17,417 bases of DNA from NCBI GenBank assembly GCA_963825865.1, contig CAWGVG010000039.1, positions 1-17,417 of the forward strand, given 5' to 3'. Shown here one piece after another: positions 7,796 through 16,767 of this stretch; positions within the stretch are counted from its first letter, which is position 1; each line of letters starts with the position of its first letter. Source of the stretch: an uncultured Nitrososphaeraceae archaeon. GTDB lineage: Archaea; Thermoproteota; Nitrososphaeria; Nitrososphaerales; Nitrososphaeraceae. A model generated the notes under the pieces. It saw only the letters and a list, made by a program, of their open reading frames with translations. It made no database searches and was not told the origin of the DNA. The translations under genes were made by a program, and so were the position numbers.

Positions 7796-8526
7796 CTAAG
7801 TTTCGTTAATTATAAAATGAGTGAATCCTTTGATCGGTCTTTTAGATGTATCGAAAAGCCGAGAACGGGATTGCTTCGCAAGCATTTCCAGCAGCCGTTT
7901 GCCAGCCTTCATTTTTTCCTTTTTCAATCCTATATTTTTTACAAGTTCTTTTGAATATTTACCAATATTATCACCCAATTCCATACCTATGAGCACAATT
8001 TCTTTAGCCCCGAATTCCTCGGCCAAAAAAACACATCTGTCACCGTCAGTAAAACCCCCAAAATTATAGACGTTTTTAACAGGCATCACTTGTGTAGATC
8101 CAATAAGGTGTCTGAATTTTGGCACAAGCTTTTTCAACATGTGGGCATTATCTCCGTGGGCATGAACTACCATGATTGCTCCCATCTTCTCTGCCTTTTG
8201 TAAAAATGACGGATCCCCGTCCAAATCCGTAACAACGATATCTGGTTTGATCTTTCCTTCAATTAGAACTTTGGCTGCGCCATTTGCGACAATCTTGACA
8301 AATTTGTTATTTATTTTTATAAATCTAATATTCTTTTCTAAGCTAGGGCCGGCTCCTATAACCATTACCTGTTTTCCTGCGATTTTCTTTTGAAGTAATT
8401 TTGTATCAAGAGCTTTTCTCTTTATCATCCTAGAAAGCATATCCGCTCATCCTGATCCTTCTCTGTACTATATCCGAATTGCTGTCTAATATTCTGATAA
8501 TAAGGGAACCAATCTACGAACTTCAC
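7796..8526 (-). CDS. mptE: 6-hydroxymethyl-7,8-dihydropterin pyrophosphokinase MptE; frameshifted as read (one base missing near 8447)
   Basis: GAGPSL, VTDLDG, HAHGDN, NFGGFTDGDR motifs. N-terminus (GTG 8526: MKFVDWFPYYQNIRQQFGYSTEKDQD) is in ORF 8425..8622 and joins 7796..8440 if one base is added at GAT GA GCG GAT ATG. Confidence 0.88.
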
Positions 8527-8576
8527 TCTTGAAATTACATAGAAGTTCTTAATAGAGTATTTCTTTAATACTGGCC

Positions 8577-8714
8577 ATGCCAAGAAAAACGATATACGGT
8601 AAATGTCCAAAGTGTAAAACAAAAAGTGAGCTTGAGGTAATCTCTGGCAATCCTGGAAGAGAGAAGTTTAAGTGTAATCAATGCTATCACCAGTTTGGTA
8701 TGGATGAGATTTGA
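8577..8714 (+). CDS. Small zinc-ribbon (CPxC...CxxC) protein, 45 aa
   Basis: Below ORF-track cutoff. MPRKTIYGKCPKCKTKSELEVISGNPGREKFKCNQCYHQFGMDEI*; two CxxC knuckles, with aromatic residues around the second. Confidence 0.8.
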   Translation: MPRKTIYGKCPKCKTKSELEVISGNPGREKFKCNQCYHQFGMDEI

Positions 8715-8809
8715 TCGCTTTATATAGAATCATGATAAAGTAAAACTGCTACATCACAGAGTATTATAGATAAAATCATCGATTCTATTCTTGTACAACT
8801 TTTTAAAAG

Positions 8810-8817
8810 AAAAAAAA
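8810..8817 (-). terminator. Putative oligo-T terminator of thermosome gene
   Basis: T8 run on the minus strand about 30 nt past the stop, preceded by pyrimidine-rich sequence. Confidence 0.4.
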
Positions 8818-8847
8818 TGGAAAAGAATGAAGAGAGACGTTAGTCTT

Positions 8848-10557
8848 TTACTCCATGTCCATTCCGCCCATTCCGCCCATTCCGCCCATTCCGCCCATTC
8901 CGCCCATTCCGCCCATTCCGCCACCACCTCCTGGAGGCATAGGGGGCGTTTTTGATTTGCTTGAGGCGATTACATCGTCTATTCTCAAGAGCATACAAGC
9001 CGCTTCAGTAGCAGATTTGATAATTTGTTCCTTAACAAGGACCGGCTCTAGCACGTTCTGTTTGAACATATCGGCAACCACAGTGTTTCTGACGTCAATA
9101 CCCGTCCATTTCGCACCCTTGCTTTGTTTTGCTCTTAAATCTGTCATAGTATCTATTGGATCCATACCTGCGTTTTGTGCAAGAGCCAATGGAATCGAAT
9201 CAAGCGCATCTGCATATTTTAGAAGTGCTAACTGTGCTCGTCCTTCTAGGTTGCTTGACCATTGCCTTAGTTCATTTGCAATATATGCTTCGGGAGCACC
9301 GCCGCCTGCAACTATTTCAGGTTTTTCAAGGACATCCTTTGTTACCATTAAAGCATCATGTATAGAGCGATCAGCTTCATCGACTATTCTCTGTGATCCG
9401 CCTCTTATTAGAATTGTAACTGCTTTTGGATTCTTGCATCCTTCAATAAATACCCACTTGTCTGTCTCGACTTTGCGTTCTTCTACTAAATCAGCAGTGC
9501 CGAGGTCCTTATCTGTCATGTCATCAAGATTATTTACTATTCTGGCGCCGGTTGCCTTCGTTAGTTTGAACATATCACTCTCCTTTACACGTCTTACTGC
9601 GAGAACGCCTGCCTTTGCGAGATAATGTTGTGCGATATCGTCAATGCCTTTCTGACACAATACTACGTTAGCACCTGCATTCTTTATCTTGTCAACCATA
9701 GATTTGAGCATCTTGTTCTCTTCTTCAAGAAACATGTGCATCTGTTGTGGTTCATTAATACGTATTTCAGCGCTCATTTCGGTCTTTTCAATCTCAAGAG
9801 CAGAATTGACCAATGCGATCTTAGCATTTTCAACGGTCTTTGGCATACCTGCATGAACAACTTCCTTGTCAAGAACGATACCTTTGATCAATTTAGTATC
9901 ACCTATAGATCCACCTGCTTTCTTTTCGACCTTTATATTATCCAGATCTACTTTCAGGCCGTCAGCATCTTCGGCTTTTTCAGATACCTGTTTTGTCGCA
10001 TCAACAACAATTTGACTTAAAGTCGGGCTGTCGTCAGAAACTAGTTTTGAATCCATGCTGGTTCTAGCAATCTTAAGTAAACGCTCCTTATCATTTACTT
10101 CTACTTTAACTGCAATCTTTTGCAATAATTTCAGTGCCTGTTCAGATGCAGCTGTGTAACCATCTACAATTACCGACGGATGGACATCCTTGTTAATCAA
10201 CTCTTCAGCTTTTTCTATCAACGCACCTGCAAAAACTACTGAAGAGGTTGTTCCGTCACCGACTTCATTGTCTACAGACTTAGCAACCTCAACCATCATC
10301 TTCGCTGCTGGATGCTGAACGTCAATTTCTTTCAAAATTGTTGCACCGTCATTTGTAATTGTTACGTCTCCCAGAGTATCAACAAGCATCTTGTCCATGC
10401 CACGTGGACCTAGGCTGCTCTTCACGATCTCTGCGACCAGTTTAGCAGCAGTAATGTTGTTTCTCTGTGCCTCCTTGCCCTTGTTTTGTTTAGTTCCTTC
10501 CTTTAAAATTAAGACTGGCATTCCGCCAGCGGTAGTTTGAACTGATGCCATTTGCAT
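8848..10557 (-). CDS. thsB: Thermosome subunit (group II chaperonin)
   Basis: [38 protein letters not shown] motifs and GGM tail. Alpha/beta assignment is tentative; start may be 10551. Confidence 0.97.
   Translation of the reverse strand: MQMASVQTTAGGMPVLILKEGTKQNKGKEAQRNNITAAKLVAEIVKSSLGPRGMDKMLVDTLGDVTITNDGATILKEIDVQHPAAKMMVEVAKSVDNEVGDGTTSSVVFAGALIEKAEELINKDVHPSVIVDGYTAASEQALKLLQKIAVKVEVNDKERLLKIARTSMDSKLVSDDSPTLSQIVVDATKQVSEKAEDADGLKVDLDNIKVEKKAGGSIGDTKLIKGIVLDKEVVHAGMPKTVENAKIALVNSALEIEKTEMSAEIRINEPQQMHMFLEEENKMLKSMVDKIKNAGANVVLCQKGIDDIAQHYLAKAGVLAVRRVKESDMFKLTKATGARIVNNLDDMTDKDLGTADLVEERKVETDKWVFIEGCKNPKAVTILIRGGSQRIVDEADRSIHDALMVTKDVLEKPEIVAGGGAPEAYIANELRQWSSNLEGRAQLALLKYADALDSIPLALAQNAGMDPIDTMTDLRAKQSKGAKWTGIDVRNTVVADMFKQNVLEPVLVKEQIIKSATEAACMLLRIDDVIASSKSKTPPMPPGGGGGMGGMGGMGGMGGMGGMGGMDME
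8859..8922. repeat. Perfect 9-bp tandem repeat (CCATTCCGC) x ~7 encoding (GGM)7
   Basis: Read directly; encodes the thermosome C-terminal Gly-Gly-Met tail. Confidence 0.95.
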
Positions 10558-10616
10558 TTATCACCTAGTAGAATAATAGATGTTTTATTATCCTCTTTTA
10601 TAGTTTTACACTTATT

Positions 10617-11027
10617 TTATATTCTTAGTTGTTTTTTCTTATCGTTGAATTTAGTTCTAAATTTATTTATATTGATTATAAATCTTTCATGTTCTCCTTC
10701 TCCAATTCTTTCTATGCTATCGGATGCCTCAACATCAAACATAACTCGTCTCTCATTTACTGAAATTACTTTGGCTTTGAAAAGTACCTCGGCTCCTACT
10801 GGAGTAGCAGCCAAGTGCTTAATTCCCACAAATGCCCCTACAGAATCCCACTCCATATCATGAATAAACTGCTCTTTGAGAAGTAGTCTACAAGTTTCTT
10901 CCATCTCAGATATCATTGAAGGTGTTGAAAGAACATTCTCACCTTCCCAAAGAAAACTTGTAGATTGATTTGATTTAATCTTTATCTTTCTCTCTCTGGT
11001 AGCACCAACTTTAACTGTCAGACTCAT
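10617..11027 (-). CDS. Hot-dog fold thioesterase (fluoroacetyl-CoA thioesterase FlK-like)
   Basis: VLSTPSMISEME, SVG..V.IKHLAATPVG, IGEGEHERFII: Thr/Glu/His triad pattern. ATG 11027 (MSLTVKVG) preferred over track start 11072. Confidence 0.9.
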   Translation of the reverse strand: MSLTVKVGATRERKIKIKSNQSTSFLWEGENVLSTPSMISEMEETCRLLLKEQFIHDMEWDSVGAFVGIKHLAATPVGAEVLFKAKVISVNERRVMFDVEASDSIERIGEGEHERFIININKFRTKFNDKKKQLRI

Positions 11028-11256
11028 GTACCTATTATAAATAAAGAAGTTGTTTTTAGATTTTCTCATCATAACAGAGATCTTTCAGTTAAATTAGAGA
11101 TTAAAGCATCTATCTTAGTTTGGTTATCAGATTGCTATCCGACTTTAATATAAGCATGTGTTTCTTCATGGCGTATTTTAGAAAGTAGGCGAGAATACAA
11201 ATTTGAAATATGTCAAAACCTTTCATTGAAATGCATATTATTATTGTCTATTAACA

Positions 11257-11264
11257 TTTTATAA
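11257..11264 (+). promoter_or_regulatory. Putative TATA box of tRNA-Pro
   Basis: TTTTATAA about 33 nt upstream of the mature tRNA 5' end. Confidence 0.45.
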
Positions 11265-11297
11265 TGCGGAATCATTCACACAATTCAAATTAGTATG

Positions 11298-11371
11298 GGG
11301 GTCGTTGTCTAGCTTGGTATGATGCCAGCCTCGGGCGCTGGAGATCGTCGGTTCAAATCCGACCGGCCCCA
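11298..11371 (+). tRNA. tRNA-Pro(CGG), no intron, CCA not encoded
   Basis: Acceptor GGGGTCG/CGGCCCC + A discriminator; anticodon arm CCAGC-CTCGGGC-GCTGG; T arm GTCGG-TTCAAAT-CCGAC. Confidence 0.96.
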
Positions 11372-11643
11372 TTTGCTGAAACTGCGCGACTTAATTAGCT
11401 TTATTCAGTATTTAATCGAATTATTAGTACAAATTTCTATGTTTTATTTGAATCTTATTTGCTTCTAAAATAAGAGTCAGGAGACTTTTGATATTTAAGT
11501 TGACATTTATATCTATTATAAAGCTTTACAAATAGCAAATAATATTATGATTAAGTAGACATAGATAGAAATGCGCAGAAGGTTATTACTTGCTGTTTGA
11601 CCATCTTCTAGATTTAAATTATCCTAAAGCAATTACCAGTCAT

Positions 11644-11964
11644 ATGTCGGAAGCACAACCACAACAGAATCAACAAGTACAAAAAGGAGGAACTCATGAC
11701 GCAATATACATAGGAAAGAAACCTCTGATGGCATATGTTACATCTACACTAATTCAACTGGCTAACCAGCCGTCAGTGACAATTAAGGCAAGAGGTTTGA
11801 GCATAGGAAGAGCAGTAGACGTTTCGCAAATCATCCTAAAGAGAATGGAGAATGCAGGATACAAGATAGACGATGTAAGAATTGGCTCCGAAACCGTTCA
11901 GTCAGAGGATGGCAGAACACGGAACGTTTCTACGATTGAAATCGAAATAAAGAGGGGCTCATAA
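11644..11964 (+). CDS. albA: DNA/RNA-binding chromatin protein Alba
   Basis: IYIGKKPLMAYV, IKARGLSIGRAVDV, IGSE, NVSTIEI. ATG 11644 preferred over TTG 11590; TTTAAAT lies ~25-30 nt upstream. Confidence 0.95.
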   Translation: MSEAQPQQNQQVQKGGTHDAIYIGKKPLMAYVTSTLIQLANQPSVTIKARGLSIGRAVDVSQIILKRMENAGYKIDDVRIGSETVQSEDGRTRNVSTIEIEIKRGS

Positions 11965-12001
11965 GGGCTCTCCTTCGATACTTTTTGTTATTTATATCCC
12001 A

Positions 12002-12663
12002 TCACTTTCTACTTTAACCAATGGGAAGACTCGCTCCATTTATCTTGCGCATTTAAATCCATTAACAAAGGCCCACGAGAATGTCACTCTCTTTTCTAGC
12101 AAAGGATTACAATGTGTATGTTTTCCCTGTAAGATTTTTTAAAAGTGGTAAAGAGATCAACACAAGAAGCTTCCCGTTTTCTTATAAAATTAGAAAAGCA
12201 ATGGTAGAATCAGTTTTTAGTAACAATAATAACATCACAATCTTGCCACATTACACAATCTTTTCTCCATTCATAAAATATTTACCACCTCTAATCTCTC
12301 CATATTCTTGGATGTTACGAAACCAAATAGTCAGAAGTGTTAGAGAAGAAAAATTTATCTCTTACACTGGTGATAGAACAGAGAGAATTGTATTAAAGTC
12401 ATACAAGCTTCATCCAATTAGAGCTAAACGACTACGAAATCTCTTCGCATGCTGTGAAAGAATTGCTTTATCATCAGGCTATTGAAGGAAGAGGAGGACT
12501 AGAAGAAGGTAGAGTAGAAAAAGCCTCATGGCACGATAAAGTGCCGGAAAAAGTTATCGATTTGATTAAGGATAACTGGAGAATTGTAGAAGAGTTTGCA
12601 AAATCTCCCGATTTGACTTTGAGAATAATGGGAATGAAATTTCCCAAAGATGGTTTTATTTAG
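12002..12663 (+). CDS. HIGH-superfamily nucleotidyltransferase (cytidylyltransferase/NMNAT-like); two +1 frameshifts as read, start codon unresolved
   Basis: Three frames join: KTRSIYLAHLNPLTKAHENV | (extra base 12086-12087) SFLAKDYNVYVFPV...SFPFSYKIRKAMV...RAKRL | (extra C 12435) EISSHAVKELLY...WHDKVPEKV...GMKFPKDGFI*. Motifs parallel (T/H)xGH, PF...R..M, ISS and W...VP..V of this fold. Start coordinate approximate. Confidence 0.75.
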
Positions 12664-12673
12664 TTTAGAAGAT

Positions 12674-12681
12674 TTTTATAA
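12674..12681 (+). promoter_or_regulatory. Putative TATA box of ilvE operon
   Basis: TTTTATAA ending about 24 nt before ATG 12705. Confidence 0.45.
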
Positions 12682-12704
12682 TCCACAAAGCGATTTGCTT
12701 TTAA

Positions 12705-13622
12705 ATGAAAACGAAAGGTGCGGAATTCATTTGGTTTGATGGTAAATTAGTAAAATGGGAAGAAGCAACCATTCCTGTCATGAGTCATGCTTTACATTAT
12801 GGTACATCAGTTTTCGAGGGTATCCGTGCATACCCTACAAAAAATAACCTCTATATATTTAGACTGAAAGAACATATGGAAAGACTTCACCGTTCTGCAA
12901 GAGTATATTCCCTATCTATAAATTATTCTGCAAAGGAATTATGCGATGCTACAATAGAGTTACTGAAAAGGATCAGTATTAAAGAATCATTATACATAAG
13001 ACCATTGACATTTGTGGGTATGCACGGTATTGATCTTAATATTACAAGAGATTCTCCAACTCATACGGTAATCATAATTTTTCCATTTGCCAAGTACTTC
13101 AATGGAGAAGGAATCAAAGCATGTGTTTCTTCATGGCGTAGGAATCATGACAGTTCCACCCCACCGATGGCAAAGGCTGCAGGAAATTATCTTAATTCAA
13201 TACTCGCAATACAAGAGAGCAAACGTAATGGATATGATGAATCAGTTTTGCTCGATCTGGAAGGCAATGTTAGCGAGGCCTCTGGAGAAAATATTTTTAT
13301 AATTAGAAATGACAAGATTTACACGCCGTATAGTGCAAATTCCGTGTTAGAAGGAATTACACGTGATACTGCAATAACTATTGCAAGAGATATGGGATAT
13401 GAATTTGCGGAACGCCCTATTTCCAGGACTGAATTGTATATGTCAGATGAATTATTTCTGACAGGGACTGCTGCCGAAATTATTGCTGTCACAAACATTG
13501 ATGGTCATCAGATAGGTAATGGAAGAGAAGGACCAGTAACAAAAAATATTCGTGAAATGTATACGAAACTTGTATCCGCAGGAGTTAAAAAGTATATGGA
13601 CTGGTTAACGCCCGTATGGTAG
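12705..13622 (+). CDS. ilvE: Branched-chain amino acid aminotransferase (PLP fold type IV)
   Basis: IWFDG, HALHYGTSVFEGIR, YIRP, AKAAGNYLNS (catalytic Lys), EASGENIF, LEGITR, ELFLTGTAAEI. Confidence 0.96.
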   Translation: MKTKGAEFIWFDGKLVKWEEATIPVMSHALHYGTSVFEGIRAYPTKNNLYIFRLKEHMERLHRSARVYSLSINYSAKELCDATIELLKRISIKESLYIRPLTFVGMHGIDLNITRDSPTHTVIIIFPFAKYFNGEGIKACVSSWRRNHDSSTPPMAKAAGNYLNSILAIQESKRNGYDESVLLDLEGNVSEASGENIFIIRNDKIYTPYSANSVLEGITRDTAITIARDMGYEFAERPISRTELYMSDELFLTGTAAEIIAVTNIDGHQIGNGREGPVTKNIREMYTKLVSAGVKKYMDWLTPVW

Positions 13623-14582
13623 CAATAGAAGACAAGCTCAGACTAGCTATAATAGGTGTGGGCGGATGGGGTAAGAATCATGCTAGAGTTCTTAATGATT
13701 TGGGTGTTCTGGCAGCTATCTGCGATATGGATGCACAGCGTGCTAAAGAAATAGCTGACAGATATAATACAAAATCATACCATTCCCTTGATGAAATGCT
13801 CTACAAAGAAACAAAATTGGATGCCTGCCTTGTCTGTACTCCTACTAAAACTCATTTTGCGGTTGCAAAAAAAATAATGGAAAGAGGAATTAATGTTTTT
13901 GTTGAAAAGCCACTCTCGTTTTCTTCTAAAGAATGTGAAGAAATGATAGAAATATCTGAAAAGAAAAAATTGATTTTGACATCAGGTTATATCGAACGGT
14001 TCAATCCTGCAGTTCAAGATGTTAAGCGGCTTATCGATGGCAAGATGTTTGGGGATTTATTAATGATAGAATTTCATAGAGAAAATAGGATGCCATTGCA
14101 TATCAAGGATGTTGGCATAATTTATGACACTTCTGTTCATGATATTGATACTGCAATGTTTCTATTTAATTGCAGACCACATGTTATTTTCGCACGCGCT
14201 GGCAAAAAATTCCATTTGTATGAAGACTTCGCTACAATTATGCTTGGGTTTAATGATCAGAAAGTGGCAATTATCGCATCAAACTGGATTACTCCAAAGA
14301 AAATCAGAAGGTTTACTGCTGTATGTACTGATGGAATAATTACAGGAGATTTTATCACTCAAGAAATTAAAATTGACCATGGGGAAGCTACTATAATCCC
14401 TCGCCGGCAACAATTTCAGGAACCTCTTACGTTAGAATTGAAAAGTCTCCTAGATGCAATAGATGGGAAGATTAGCAAACCAGTAGTATCAGCAATTGAT
14501 GCCACTAATGTTACTAAAGTGGCAGAAGGCAGCACTATTGTCCAGTAATACAGGATCTCCAATTTATCTGGATCTGAAATAA
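13616..14582 (+). CDS. Gfo/Idh/MocA oxidoreductase (WbpB/WlbA-like nucleotide-sugar 3-dehydrogenase); extra G at 14528-14529 alters the C-terminus as read
   Basis: GVGGWG, VFVEKP, GYIERFNP, DTSVHDID. Track ORF stops at 14548; removing one G gives a natural end VAEAALLSSNTGSPIYLDLK* at 14582, 4 nt before the next ATG. Confidence 0.9.
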
Positions 14583-14586
14583 ACAT

Positions 14587-14872
14587 ATGCGAAAATCAAT
14601 GCTTGACCTGCTTGCATGTCCTATAGATAAACACTATCCATTAGAGTTATTTGAAATTAATACAAAAGAGGATAAGGATAATGATATTATAATAATCTGA
14701 CGGTATTTTGTTTTGTACCCAATGTTACCGTTTCTATCCAATCATTGATGAGATACCAGTATTACTACCAGATGAACTTCGTGAAAAGAAAAAAGATATT
14801 GAATTTTTACAAAAATGGCATGATAAAATCCCCACTAAAGTTATAAATCAAGGGAATCCATGGCATCTATAG
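14587..14872 (+). CDS. Trm112 family methyltransferase activator; frameshifted as read (extra A near 14695)
   Basis: Missing from ORF track. MRKSMLDLLACPIDKHYPLELFE...DIII | SDGILFCTQCYRFYPIIDEIPVLLPDELR...GNPWHL*: LACP and G.L.C..C.R.YPI.D.IP.LL signatures. Confidence 0.9.
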
Positions 14873-14885
14873 AGAATGTACAACA

Positions 14886-15398
14886 ATGGAACACCAAAAA
14901 AGTCATTCTAACCCTAGTATGGTAACAAATTATATTTCAAAAACTGCAAAAATTGGTGAAAATGTAAAGATATGGCATTTTGCCTACGTTGGAAATGAAA
15001 CTGAAATTGAAGACAATGTGATGATTGGGTCCTTAACACATATAGACTATAAAGTAAAAATTGGTGAAAATACAAGGATAGAAGGCTCTGTGTATATTCC
15101 TCCATTAACAACAATAGGTAAAAATGTTTTTATTGGTCCGGGTGCGACTTTTACCAATGATCCATATCCTATGAGTCCAAAAATGATTGGAGTTATAGTA
15201 GAAGATGGAGCCATCATCGGCAGTAGGGCAGTAATAAGACCAGGAGTGACAATTGGAAAAAACAGTGTTGTCGCAATGGCCGCAGTAGTAACGAAGGATG
15301 TTCCTCCTAACGTCGTTGTAATGGGGCATCCTGCGAGAATAAAGTACTCTAGAACTGAATATAATAGGAAACAAACAGAATGGAGTTTACATACATAG
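14886..15398 (+). CDS. Hexapeptide-repeat N-acetyltransferase (WbpD/WlbB-like)
   Basis: Left-handed beta-helix repeats (IGENVKIWHF, IGKNVFIGPG), FTNDPYP, VVTKDVPP...GHPAR. Start may be ATG 14919. Confidence 0.92.
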   Translation: MEHQKSHSNPSMVTNYISKTAKIGENVKIWHFAYVGNETEIEDNVMIGSLTHIDYKVKIGENTRIEGSVYIPPLTTIGKNVFIGPGATFTNDPYPMSPKMIGVIVEDGAIIGSRAVIRPGVTIGKNSVVAMAAVVTKDVPPNVVVMGHPARIKYSRTEYNRKQTEWSLHT

Positions 15399-15467
15399 AA
15401 AAATCAATATACGCAGACAGAACAAATACGATTTAATAATCTTTTATGTCATTCACCATCCTGTAAA

Positions 15468-16658
15468 TTAACCAATAGTTTCGCAGACAGGATTTGCCTT
15501 CATTAAGATCAAGTCCATGATTTGTTTATTCTTGGATATAACCTTAGTGAAATCGTTCTTAGTACATGCTATAACTATCATAGTTTTATCACTAGGATAA
15601 AGGTCAAAACTTGGGCCTTGTTGTAGTTCAACATCTCCAATGTAATCCTTTAGCTTTGTTTCAAGTGAAGATAGCAACTCTATTTTATCGCCTCTCATTT
15701 CATTAGGATCCAATGTCCATGCAATTGCCACTTTTGTTCTGCTTGCCTTCAAGTCTCGTTTCCTTAACATATCCCGGATTTTGTCTATCAGATGTTTAAT
15801 ATAGCCTTCTATACCCTTGATGGTTCCATTAACAAGATACATCAAAGGACCTGCTCCACTAAGCGAAGAGCCGATAGCTCTGAGATCATACAAGCCATTT
15901 GCTACATCGTCTATGTAAACATCGCTGAACGTCCCGCGCATCAATTCGCTGCTTACACCAATATCCTGAACACGTTTGCAGATTTCTAGTACACTTGCCA
16001 TGCCAGTATAATTTCCTAGGATTTTGATAGCATGTACAAATTCTGCAGATATAATATCGACAAAATTAAGTTTACGACGGACATCGGGATCATAGAGCAT
16101 TTTTGACATCTGTTCATCCTGTTTTGACTTTAAAGAGCCTACTAGAATTTCAGAGATAGAGACATCATCAGTGCTACTAATTGGCATATAATAATAGAAA
16201 ATATCTTTGCCAACTGACAAACCTGTCATGTGCTCTATTAATGCAATATTTTCATTATTGCCTCCAATGCCAGTAGGCAGAGTATAAATTACAGAGGCAT
16301 CTCTCTTCAAAGATCTAATTGCGTCTCGAAACTTGGATGTAACATCACTCTTTACATCTTGTCCAACCTTCCTAATCCTTGGTGCAAAAAAGACATACGA
16401 GGCATCATTAATTGCGACATCAATAGGCTCAAGAGCAAGCAATGGCTCGTCTTCTATTAGGGAACTAACGTTAGGATACGTCCGTGCAATATCCGGCTTT
16501 AGTCTTATGGCCATTCGAGCAGATTCATCAATCAATGAAACCTTTGAACCTTTGACTGCGATAGCGGATGCAATGCGATAACCTTCTGTGCTTAATCCAT
16601 AGACAGCTGCATCTAAAGTTGTTGTTGATGGTAAAGAGGATGATGATCCAGCACTCAA
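15468..16658 (-). CDS. Degenerate nucleotide-sugar dehydrogenase-like protein
   Basis: Overall layout of UDP-glucose/GDP-mannose dehydrogenases (N-terminal AAVYGLSTEG Rossmann-like, GLSVGKDIF, central SAE helix, C-terminal KVAI...PNEMR) but no GGxC catalytic motif. Confidence 0.65.
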   Translation of the reverse strand: MSAGSSSSLPSTTTLDAAVYGLSTEGYRIASAIAVKGSKVSLIDESARMAIRLKPDIARTYPNVSSLIEDEPLLALEPIDVAINDASYVFFAPRIRKVGQDVKSDVTSKFRDAIRSLKRDASVIYTLPTGIGGNNENIALIEHMTGLSVGKDIFYYYMPISSTDDVSISEILVGSLKSKQDEQMSKMLYDPDVRRKLNFVDIISAEFVHAIKILGNYTGMASVLEICKRVQDIGVSSELMRGTFSDVYIDDVANGLYDLRAIGSSLSGAGPLMYLVNGTIKGIEGYIKHLIDKIRDMLRKRDLKASRTKVAIAWTLDPNEMRGDKIELLSSLETKLKDYIGDVELQQGPSFDLYPSDKTMIVIACTKNDFTKVISKNKQIMDLILMKANPVCETIG

Positions 16659-16767
16659 AGTCTGTATCGATCCTCCCTCCCAAGCGTCTTTATAATCATC
16701 CGCAAGCTAATCTAAAAGGGGGTTAAAGAAAAGTTTTTTCCATCATAATCTACCTATTTAATTATAT

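Noticed and set aside
8859-8922. CRISPR-like repeat
   Set aside because: Contiguous 9-bp units with no spacers, inside a coding region.
8855-10020. Long plus-strand ORFs including a PPI-repeat protein
   Set aside because: Antisense shadows of the thermosome; PPI is the reverse reading of the GGM repeat.
11298-11460. tRNA-Pro as integration site
   Set aside because: No duplicate of the tRNA 3' end or integrase in the window; flanking genes are core-like.
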